Origin: the human T2T-CHM13v2.0 reference genome, Homo sapiens
NCBI RefSeq assembly: GCF_009914755.1
Contig: NC_060932.1
Direction: 5' to 3' (one strand)
Length of the DNA stretch: 64,000 bases
A program made the position numbers and the translations under genes. The first letter of the stretch is position 1, and each line of letters starts with the position of its first letter. The notes under the pieces were generated by a model. The model saw nothing but the letters and a program-made list of their open reading frames with translations. It was not told the DNA's origin and did no database searches. This document shows positions 54,580-64,000 of this stretch, piece after piece.

Positions 54580-55620
54580 AGACCTTCATAAACTATGCAT
54601 CTGAGAGAGGCCTAATATTCAGAATCTATAGAGAAGTTAAACAATTCAACAAGTAAGAAACAACCCTATTAAAAAGTGGGCAAATGACGTGAACAGACAC
54701 TTTTCAAAAGAAGACGTATCTGTGGTCAACAAGCATATGAAAAAATGCTTAACATCACTAATCATTAGAGAAATGCAGGTAAAAACCACAATGAAATACC
54801 ATCTCACACCAGTCAGAATGGCTATTACTAAAAAGTCAAAAAGTAGGCCAGGCTCAGTGGCTCATGCCTGTAATCCCAGCACTTTGGGAGGATGAGATAG
54901 ACAGATCACCTGAGGTCAGGAGTTCAAGACCAGCCTGGCCAACATGGTGAAACCCTGTCTTGACTAAAAATACAAAAATTAGCCAGGCGTGGTGGCGCAC
55001 ACCTGTAATCTCAGCTACTCAGGAGGCTGGGGCAGGCGAATCGCTTGAATCTGGGAGATGGAGGTTTCAGTGAGTTGAGATCATACCATTGTAATCCATC
55101 CTGGGTGACAGAGCAAGACTCTGTCTCAAAAAAAAGTCAAAAAGTAACAGATGTTAGTGAGGTTGAGGATAAAATGAAATGCTTATATACTGTTTGTGGG
55201 AACATGAATTAGGCCACTGTGGAAAGCAATTTGGAGATTCTCAAAGAACTTAAAACAAAACTGCCATTTAATCTAGCAATCCCATTACTAAGAATATATC
55301 TAAAGGAAAATAAATTGTTCTACCAAAAAGACATAGGCACTCATATTACATAGGCCTATTTACAATAGCAAAGACATGAAATCAACCTGGATGCTCATCA
55401 ATGGTAGATTGGATAAAGAAAATGTGGTACATATACACCATGGAATATTATGCAGCCATAAAAGAACAAAATCATGTCCTTTGCAGCCATATGGATGCAG
55501 CTGGAGGCCATTAAGCTAAGTGAATTGATGCAGGAATAGAAAACCAAATACTGCATGTTCTCATTTAAAAGTGGGAGCTAAACATTCAGTATATATGGAC
55601 ATAAAGATGAGATCAATAGA
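54580..55620 (+). mobile_element. L1PB/L1PA-type ORF2 end and 3'UTR fragment, split by an Alu
   Basis: ORF 54689 NRHFSKEDV...[31 protein letters not shown] is the L1 ORF2p C-terminus; aaaatgtggtacatatacaccatggaat. Confidence 0.93.
54846..55130 (+). mobile_element. AluSx-like
   Basis: Full dimer; perfect 16-bp TSD aaaaagtcaaaaagta. Confidence 0.96.
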
Positions 55621-56258
55621 GGGAGGTGAAACAAGATGGCTGAATAGAAGTCTCCAGTGATTGTTCCCCCAACAGGAACACCAAATTGAACAACTATCTG
55701 CACAAAAAAGCACCTTCATAGGAATGAAAAATCAGATGAATGCAGTCACAGTACCTGATTTTAACATCATATTAAGGAAACAATAGTTTCTGCCTGGTAG
55801 TCCAGGAAATTCTTCTGGATCTTACCCAAGACTACTAACATAGTGTCTCTGTGAATCTGCAGGAGCCAAAGTGTTACTGGGATTGGGGTGCCCCCTAAAG
55901 CAGATATTGTTGCAGTTACTAAAGTCATAGATCATAACACTCAAGTCCTGGAATACCTGGAAAACATTCCCAAGAAGGATGGGTTTCCTCAAATATCTGG
56001 AAAACCTTCCCAAGAAGGATGGGTATGAACAAGCCCAGACTGTGAAGACAATAAATACTTAACTCTTCCATGCCCAGACACAGACAAAGATCCACAGGCA
56101 TCAAGACCATTAAGGAAAACATGACCATCAAGGAAAACATAACCCCACCAGGAGAACTAAATAAGGCACCAATGACCAATCCCAGAGAGACAGAGATATG
56201 TAACCTTTCAGAAAGATAATTCAGAATAGCCGTTTTGAGGAAGCTCAACAAAATCCAA
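55621..56258 (+). mobile_element. L1MA/L1M1-type 5'UTR (internally deleted) plus ORF1 start
   Basis: caagatggctgaatagaag (YY1 5' motif), ggaacaccaaattgaacaactatct; ORF1 start MPRHRQRSTGIKTIKENM...ELNKAPMTNPRETEICNLSER at 56070. Confidence 0.85.
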
Positions 56259-57081
56259 TCCATCACCACCAGTACATGTTTCCCTTCCCCTCTCTGGAAT
56301 GTATTTTGGTTGAAACAAGTGACTGTAATTTATTTAGAATATGAAGACAACCTTTTATGATTTTTTTCACCCCTCTTTGGCTTACTGGTATTAATTGTAT
56401 TCCTTTCAGTCTGAACATGATTCTCTTTAACAGAGCAGAAATGAGTACATTTAGAATTGGGGAATTTACTTTTCTTTGTAGACCAAGAATTTCTTTGAAT
56501 AACTTTGTCCTATTATGTTATAATTTGGTACAATATTTGCTCAATGTTTATCCAGAAATTCCATGAGCTGTATGAAAGATATGAATACTTCCACTGATTT
56601 TTTTTCTTTTCTTCACAGCAAATATATTCTTCTTTTAAATCAAATACATCTGTAGGATTTATGATTGATCCTATTCTGGTATCATAACTTTTATGTCTCC
56701 TGAGCAATGTAATAAAAATATTTTAAAGGAAACGGGAAGATATTTTGAATACAGAAATGCCTAGCATTACCCCAAAACTTTTGGAGAAAATAACTATTAT
56801 AGAACTATAAATAAATATAAATACATCTTATTAATTATCTTTAAAAATTAATATCCTATGAATGAGATAACACTTGAAAGTGTCTATATTTTCCCTTCTG
56901 CATGTCTAAACTCATCTATACTAGGCATTCTGGGCAGGGTGTGCTGTAGTGTTTCTCAAACTTGCCTGTGCCAAGGCTAAACATTACAGATCCTCAGGAA
57001 CTTTCTTTAGAAATTCTGGTTCTTTAGGTTTAGGATGTGTTTATAATGCTGAATGTTTAATAAATACTCCAGAAGATTACA

Positions 57082-57466
57082 TTAGGGGACTTCAAAAATT
57101 CATGGAGAATTAAAAGATAAAAATGAAAAACATAAACCTTATTTCTCAACATAAACTCCATCAAGGTCAAGACACTTTTGTAAGCAATGAGATCTGCCAT
57201 TTAGTCCATCCCTAAAGAACTGAGGGTGCTTGGAATTTAACTGTGTCAATGCAGTCATTTGTATATGATCAACTAAAGAAAAATGGGTGCACTTTACAGA
57301 CTTTTTAAGATTAGAGAACAAAAAGAAGTCAGAAAAAGCCCAATCAAGACTGTAAGGTGGATGCCTAATGGCTCTCCATTGAAACTCTTGCAAAATTGCC
57401 CTTTTTTGATGAAAGGAATGAGTAGAAATGTTGTGGTGGTGGATAAGGACTTTCTGGTGAAGCTTT

Positions 57467-57507
<41 letters not shown>

Positions 57508-58442
57508 AAAGCTTTGGCTAACTCTCAAAATGCTTTTATAGTAAGTAGATGTTATCATTATTTGGTCCTCCAGAAAGTCAACGAGCAAAATGCCCTGAGT
57601 ATCCCAGAAAACTGGTTGCCATCACGTTTGCTCTTGATTGGTCTGCTTTTGCTTTGACTGGACCACTTCCATCTCTTGGTAGCCATTGCTTTGACTGTAC
57701 TTTGTCTTCAGGATTGTACTGGTAAAGCCATATTTCATCTCTTCTTACAATTCTTTGAAGAAAAGCTTCAGGATTTTGATCCCACTTGTTTAAAATTTTC
57801 ATTGACAGCTTGGTTCTTGTCAGTAGCTGATGTGGGTGCTATCATTTTGTGTAAAAATCCGAAGCACATCTTAAATACAAAGAACCAGAATTTCCAAAGA
57901 GGGGTCCTGGGCATCTGTAATCAAGTGGAAATTTGGCTGAACTTCAATTTTTCAGTCAGAATTGTGTAAGCTAAACCAGTGGAGATGTCTATGGTGTTGG
58001 CCGTTGTTTGTGCTGTCCATTATCAGTCCTTTTCAATTAGGGCTTGAATGAGAGAAATTCTTTCCTTATGAATTGATATGGAAGGTCTGCTGCTACAGGC
58101 TTCATCTTCAACATCATCTTGTCCCTTATTAAAATAAGTTAACCATTTGTGAACTGCTGACTTCTTTGGGACAGTGTTCCCGTAAACTTCTCATAAAGCA
58201 TTTTACCCTTCTTTCACCCCAGATCTACCCTAAATTTGTTCTTGCTTCAATTTTAGAAGAATTCATTTTACTCTGACATGGCTTTTTTTTTTTTTTTCAA
58301 ACTAATGTCTTTTTCTTCTAAGTGCCTCAAACTTGATCTTATTTAGGCCTGTTATAAATTAGTATGAGTTTATTTTGGTGCAAAAACATTTTGAAGTCAT
58401 GCATAGTTTTTTCATTATATGCATTTTCCATGAACTTTTTGA
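57082..58442 (-). mobile_element. Near-full-length HSMAR2 mariner DNA transposon
   Basis: TIRs aggggacttcaaaaattcatggagaat / attttccatgaactttttga; transposase motifs on the minus strand. Confidence 0.93.
57139..58266 (-). pseudogene. Disrupted mariner (DD34D) transposase of HSMAR2
   Basis: MNSSKIEARTN start; IVRRDEIWLYQYNPE (TGDETW); HHHN (HHDN); HPPYSLDWAFSDFFLF (YSPDLAPSD); frameshifts, A32 run, foreign insert. Confidence 0.9.
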
Positions 58443-58509
58443 TAACAAGTGAGTTTGGGAAACAATGGAAAGAACCCATACTTTAAAATCACCTTACCCA
58501 TTTGTGAAT

Positions 58510-58650
58510 TCAGAGTCTAAGGCTTACCAGCTGTATGAACTCAGACACATTATTTAACCTCTTTGAAAATCAGTTTCCTCATCTCTAAAGGGGAAATGTT
58601 AACACCTTCCAAAATAATTTTTATGTGGATTCAGTTATGTAAATGTAGCT
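58510..58650 (+). mobile_element. MIR fragment
   Basis: ttaccagctgtatga...ttatttaacctct...cagtttcctcatctctaaagggg. Confidence 0.75.
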
Positions 58651-58789
58651 ATTCCAAGTGCTATTTTTATTGAAACGTGGAAACTTGTTTCAAATCTTTT
58701 AACCTTTACTCTTGCTGGAAGAGAAAATATAAAAATTCCGAAACAATACAAACATAAATATTTAATTATTCTTTCTCTTTCTTAAAAAA

Positions 58790-58895
58790 ATATTTTTTTA
58801 CAGACAGGGACTTGCTATGGTACCCAGGCTGGACTTGAACTCTGGGGCTCAAGCATTCCTCCCACCTCAGCCTCCCAAGTAGCTGGGCCTACAAG
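58790..58895 (-). mobile_element. FLAM/Alu monomer fragment
   Basis: agacagggacttgctatg...gggctcaagcattcctcccacctcagcctcccaagtagctggg. Confidence 0.8.
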
Positions 58896-59152
58896 TCTTC
58901 TTGGCTTCAAGTCTTCTTCCTCAGCGTAAGCAATAGTAAAATCATTTATTAATCTATAAAGTATTTGAGGCACGAAAGCTCAAATTTAGAAGATTGGTAA
59001 GCCAATTGGTACTGATATCTTTCAGATACTCAAAGACAACACCACAATTGTTATATTTCCATTTTATTAAATGCAAGAAAATTTTTGTAGATTTCTTCTA
59101 CACACTTTAAAAAAAGTCTATAGGAAGTTCTGTTGTTTATCATTTCTTAAAA

Positions 59153-59341
59153 TAGTGTTTCTCAAAGTGTATTCCCTGGCCCACCAGCATCAGGATCATC
59201 TGGGAACTTTCTAGAAAAGCAAAGTCTCAGTCCCTATCCAAGACTCCTAAACTAGAAACTCTTGAGTTGAAGGCACTGCAATTTGTATTTTAACAAGGCC
59301 TCGGAATAATTCTGATACAAATTAAAGTTGGGGTATTGCTG
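59153..59341. mobile_element. MER5A hAT-Charlie MITE
   Basis: agtgtttctcaaagtgt...accagcatcaggatcatctgggaactt...tgtattttaacaag...aattctgat...aaagttg. Confidence 0.85.
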
Positions 59342-59359
59342 GTCTAAATCCAACTTCTG

Positions 59360-60590
59360 ATCCCCTCCCTTCTTCCAATCTGTTCATTTTGTGGTTTTCC
59401 CATGTAAATAAATGGAAACACTATCTTCCCAGATCTTCATGTCAAAAATGTTGGAGTTATTCTTGATTTCTCATTTGCTGTCTACTCTACATCCAATGTA
59501 TCAGAAAGTCCTGCCATTTCTACCTTTAATCACCAAAATATCACCATCAAATTCCCTCTACTATTAATATTAATATCCTCATCCAAGTCTCTATTTTCTC
59601 TGGCATGGATTATTTAACAACATTTTAATGAACCTCTCTGCTTCCACTTTTGCATTCCTGCAGACTGTTCCAACACTGAAGCCTTCCTTCCTGATGCTTT
59701 TAAAACAGAAGCCTGATTATGTTACTTGTACTGAATTGTGTATTGGCATATGAGCTTCTTTCCATTCTTTTTATATTCCCTTTTGTAACCTAGAAGTTGG
59801 AAGCCTAAAAACTGTATTACCCTGAATTCCTGCCACTAGAATTCTAGGCTAAATGACAACAATTGGTGAAAATTACTAGAGATTTGGAAAGTGGAATTGA
59901 AGAAACAGAAGAATATGGTACAGAGGCCGTATTATTGTTCCTCTAGCAAAACAGAGGTTGTATAAATTTTGGTAGAAATGAGATATTGTAGGAGCCTCAG
60001 GAATTTTTCTCTGAATTACCTGCCTCTATGTTGGTAGTTTTGCAGCTGTTTCTGAAATTTCTATCACTTTCTGACTCTCTGAAATTTAGTAATCAACATA
60101 AGAACTAGTTGGCAGTAGCTTTCTCTGATCTTCATTACTGTAACCCTGCTAATGATTTTATAAACATGAATTCCCTGTATAAATCCATTATTGCCTGAAA
60201 TACCTGGAGTTGTTTCTATTTTTTTGAGAGAACAGTGACCATTCTTCTGATCAAAATGTTTGATTAGCTTCCCATCTCATTCAGAGTAAAATTCCTTAGA
60301 TGCCTACAAGGCCCTACACAATCTGGCCCCTTTACTTCTAGGATCTCAACCAGTTCTGTGCTCTCTTGCACTAACTCTGTTCCTGTCAGACTGGCTTTCC
60401 TGCTGTTCCTTAAAGTAGCCAGGTATTCTCCCACTTAAGGGACTTTGCACTTTTGCTCCCTCCGCCTGTAGTGCCTCTCCCCCCAGATAGTTGCTCATCT
60501 TATGTTCTCATTTCCTTCAGTTCTTTGCCCAAATGCTGTCTTTTCAAAGGGGCATTTCCCTGACAGCCCAATTGAAAAGTAACTTCTACC
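59360..60590 (+). mobile_element. L2a fragment, split by an ERVL LTR
   Basis: ttggagttattcttga...acatccaatgtatcag...; cccatctcattcagagtaaaa...gcctacaaggccctacacaatctggcccc. Confidence 0.8.
59727..60240 (+). mobile_element. ERVL LTR (LTR50-53-like)
   Basis: gagatttggaaagtggaa; ttccctgtataaatcc...tgaaatacctggagttgtttct; interrupts L2 at gattatgttact|cttctgatcaaaa. Confidence 0.55.
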
Positions 60591-62035
60591 CCCAGCACAA
60601 GGTATAAGAGGTAGGTGGTGGAATTACCTCCATTTAATATATGAGAAAATATACAACCAGGAAAGAAAAGCTCATTGAAGTCTCATGGTTTTTAAATGTT
60701 AAACCAAACACGTATCCAAAGGGCTTACCAAACAATTTTGAAAAGACTGGGTGATTAATAAATGCTCATGTTGATGTTGCAGTGATGGGGGATGATTTAA
60801 ATTCTCTTCAGCAAGATCAGTTAGGACTGTCCTATAATAGGGAAGTCCACTGGAGTTTCAGTGATTGATTATAATAGATTTCACAATATATTATGTTCTC
60901 CGAGAGGTTAGATTAGCTCATATATATTTTTCCTGCAGAGGTAGGTCAGAATAAAAGAAATTAAAACATATTTTAAAAAATGGATCTTCTAGTATAACCA
61001 CTACCCAAATTTCTGGTAAGGGTATTCAGGACAATCTACGTATTTCCTAGTATCAACATGTTATAATGATAGGATGGTCTTAGATTAAATTACTCAACTC
61101 CTGTTAGTTCATAGCATTCAGTGTTAAGAAATTTATTTACTATTGTGTTAAAAGTAATGGGAATAAGGAATTTGAGTTTATAGAAAAATAACAAAATGGA
61201 ATTACTATGGCAGAAATGCCCCAATAGTTCTCTGTAACCTCCCTTTTTAAAGGATATATTGATTATTTTCATGAATGCATGGTTGGAGGGGAGTGGTAAG
61301 AAGAACAATTTTATGTAAAAAACTTTCCAATTTTTAGTGTGAAGAGTAAAAATAAATCAACTGGAGCCAGAGTCATATTGTAAAGGTTTGGCGGAGCTGA
61401 CTAGAGAAATAAAATGGATCTAGTGATCTCTGTGACCTGGGCTATTTAGCTGCGACGTTGTGCTCTGCCTCTCAAGAAAACAGCAAACTCTTAAGGAACA
61501 AAAATAAGATAACTCTTTTAAAGAAAAATGGATAGAACAATTCAGGAATAAATGTAGTTGAAAATGGCAAAGGAAACACAAAGGACAAAATTGTCCTTTA
61601 TCCAATTTAAGGAGTGAAAAACAACTAGAAGTGTGCTGAGATTCTGTGCTGTAAGAAATTTGAAGAGACAAAATTGAAGGTTGAAGTTCTGGTCACAGTT
61701 CTTCTGGAAATGGGCTTTATGTAATATCTGGGCATAGACAGTGAAAAAGCATCCAGAGCTGGCTTTTTTTGTCATTCCCTGTAAACTCCAAAAGACATGT
61801 TTTGGTTTTTTTCTCTCTAAACGTCTATAGTGACACTAAAGGACATCCACAGATTTCTCTATTTCCATAGTTAAGTTTCTGCTTTGGATTATAAAAATAA
61901 CTGGTACTTTACCTTTCTTCCTCTAGTTTTGTACCCACTAATTTATTCTTACAGCATTCAGTGTAATCTTTGCAAATGCAAATCTGATCCTGTCTCTTCT
62001 GTGTTAAAAGCCATTCAATAACTCTCCGTGGACGA

Positions 62036-62310
62036 CAGCAGCAATTCCCAAAGTCTTTTCCAATAACTGCCATAGAATATTAGTAGATATTAAAGACAAG
62101 ATGTGAGAAATTGTAAGTTAAGATTAAGCAGTTTTGTTTACAATAGGTCTTCTCAAGATCCTTAATGTTAATGTCCCTAGTGAATCTCCAAAAGGGGGAG
62201 GAATATAATATGCAAAGTTTCCCAAACTTACTTGATGAAGAGATCCATTTCTTTTTCATGAAGTGTCTTGCAGGACTAGTTTGGAGTGGGACACATATTT
62301 GAAAATGCTT
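62036..62310. mobile_element. hAT-Charlie family MITE remnant
   Basis: cagcaattcccaaag...gaatctccaaaagggggaggaatataatatgcaaagtttcccaaacttacttga...tttgaaaatgct. Confidence 0.55.
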
Positions 62311-62799
62311 GTTTATAGCACAGTGCAAATTTATGAGTGAAGCAAGGAATGAATGGAATGATCTGGAACCTACGGACCATTAGTTTGCATTTCCCTAAAG
62401 TATTATGCTTTCTTTCTCCTCCATGCTGCAGGTATTAGAAATTCCCCTAAATTTCTCATCAACCCCCCTTTTCCAATCCATTGAGTAACATCTACTTATC
62501 ATTTAGGACTCATCATTTAGCTTTTTACTGGTTATTTCCATAGCTCTGACTTTGCACTTATTCTCTTCAGCTTGCAGAATTGTTTAACTGGCATTGCTGT
62601 TTACATAAAACATTCCTCTGACTTAAGATCTGAAAGAAAGAAAGTGAAGGGAGCTGAGAAAAGCCTGTCAACTCAGTTTATAGAAAGATAATAGATCTGA
62701 TTGCTCTCTCCTCGTTTTTGGACGAGGAAACAGAAGGAAAAGGGATCCAGGAAAAAATTCTACAAAATAAAAGATGGACAATAATTCTCAAGATTGTGT

Positions 62800-63610
62800 A
62801 GAAGAAACATTTGAAACAATTCATTAAAATAAACAGTACATTTTACATAATATGTATTTGATTTTTGAATAATATAAAAATATAAGCTTGGAAAGAGGAT
62901 GCTATATGTAATAAAGCAAGTTTTAAAGGAAACTAAAATGCAGTAACAGCTGGTATATTAACTAGAAATTGGAAATAACAATATACAATGCATAAAGTCA
63001 AAATTATTTTAAAGAAAATTATTAAGACTGTTTTAGAAGATGGGAGAAACTCAAATAAGCAGTGATAATTAAAGAGAAGAATATAGCTATGGATAACAAA
63101 GGATAGAAATTTAGGCTAAAGATAATTTATGTTTCTAAAGATGAGTTGGTAATAAATGGAATAGAAGTAATACTCATAAATGGAATAGAAAGAGGGTAAA
63201 GAAATATCTCAGAGCACGCATAGAATAAGATCTCTGTGTACCTGGCAAAATTAAAGAGAGGAAATTAGTATCTCTATCCTATAGAAAATTTAAAATCACA
63301 ATAAAGAATCTTATAAGCAAGATTTCAGGAAGGAAAAAAATTACCTACAAAAGTAGAAAAGTTAGGCTGCCTAACATTAAATGCTTTGACATAATGGCAT
63401 AATGTTTATATAATTTTGAAGGGAAAAATTTTTGACTCCAGAAATTTACATCTAGCTGCATTGCTGTTAAGATGTGAAGTTAATAGAAGGACATAATCAG
63501 ATTTAGACACAATTAAATATATTTCACATGTCCTTTACTAAAAAGTTACTCAAAATATATTCTGCCAAATGAGAAATGAATCAAAATAAGAGACTCAACA
63601 ATTAAAAAAT
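62800..63610 (+). mobile_element. Ancient L1 (L1ME-like) ORF1-region remnant
   Basis: A-rich; ttacctacaaaag...gttaggctg...ccagaaatttacatctagct. Confidence 0.5.
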
Positions 63611-63910
63611 GCCACACATGGTGGCTCATGTCTATAATCCCAGCACTTTGGGAGGATAGCTCAAGTCCAAGAGTTTGAGACCAGTCTGGGCAACATAGTG
63701 AGACACTGTCCACAAAAATTACAAAAAAAAATTAGCCAAGCATGGTAGTGGGCCTGTGGTTCTAGCTACTTGGGAAGCTAAGGGATGAAGCTGAGGGAGG
63801 ATTCGTTGAGCCGTGGAGGCCGAGGATGTAGTGAGGTTGATTGCATCACTGCACTCCAGCCTGGGCAACGGAGCCAAGACCATCTGAAAACAAACAAACA
63901 AACACACAAA
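63611..63910 (+). mobile_element. AluJ (Jo-like) with short internal deletion and (AAAC)n tail
   Basis: ctgggcaacatagtgagac J diagnostic; cactttgggagg|atagc deletion. Confidence 0.9.
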
Positions 63911-64000
63911 CCCTAAACTAAAAAGTTATATATGAACTGAACTGACAATGAACATTTCAGTCAGATGTATAGACTTGGATACAGTGTTTATAACAATGGT

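Larger units (their letters stand above)
56948..58466. mobile_element. hAT-Charlie (MER5-like) MITE, split by HSMAR2
   Basis: tagtgtttctcaaactt... (56948-57080) and ...agtttgggaaacaatg (58443-58466) are inverted termini. Confidence 0.6.

Noticed and set aside
57139-57802. Possible domesticated or active mariner transposase
   Set aside because: Frameshifts, altered catalytic motifs, a poly-A run and a foreign insert make it a pseudogene.

Overview
Primate (human-like) non-coding genomic DNA, AT-rich and intergenic or deep-intronic. I find no protein-coding exon I can support. The ORF track is almost entirely spurious or repeat-derived. Much of the window is recognisable interspersed repeat: about 16 Alu/FLAM/FAM elements (many with visible TSDs), many MIR and L2 relics, L1 fragments, ERV1/ERVL/MaLR solo LTRs and DNA transposons. 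The DNA transposons are a near-full-length dead HSMAR2 mariner, a Kanga2/Tc2 remnant, MER63, MER5A and a Charlie-type element. There is also a 3'-truncated U6 snRNA retrocopy. Repeat-poor stretches (about 19.0-22.2 kb, 26.9-31.0 kb and 50.2-51.3 kb) are candidate cis-regulatory regions. I see no evidence of a new gene-encoded system. The most unusual signals are mutational scars: an inverted copy of local flanking DNA inserted inside the HSMAR2 transposase, a self-templated palindromic patch inside an L1, a head-to-tail L1 3'/5' fusion, a 76-bp L1 with an 18-bp TSD, and nested insertions. Subfamily names come from my recollection of consensus sequences and need Dfam/RepeatMasker confirmation. 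Boundaries of old repeats are approximate.
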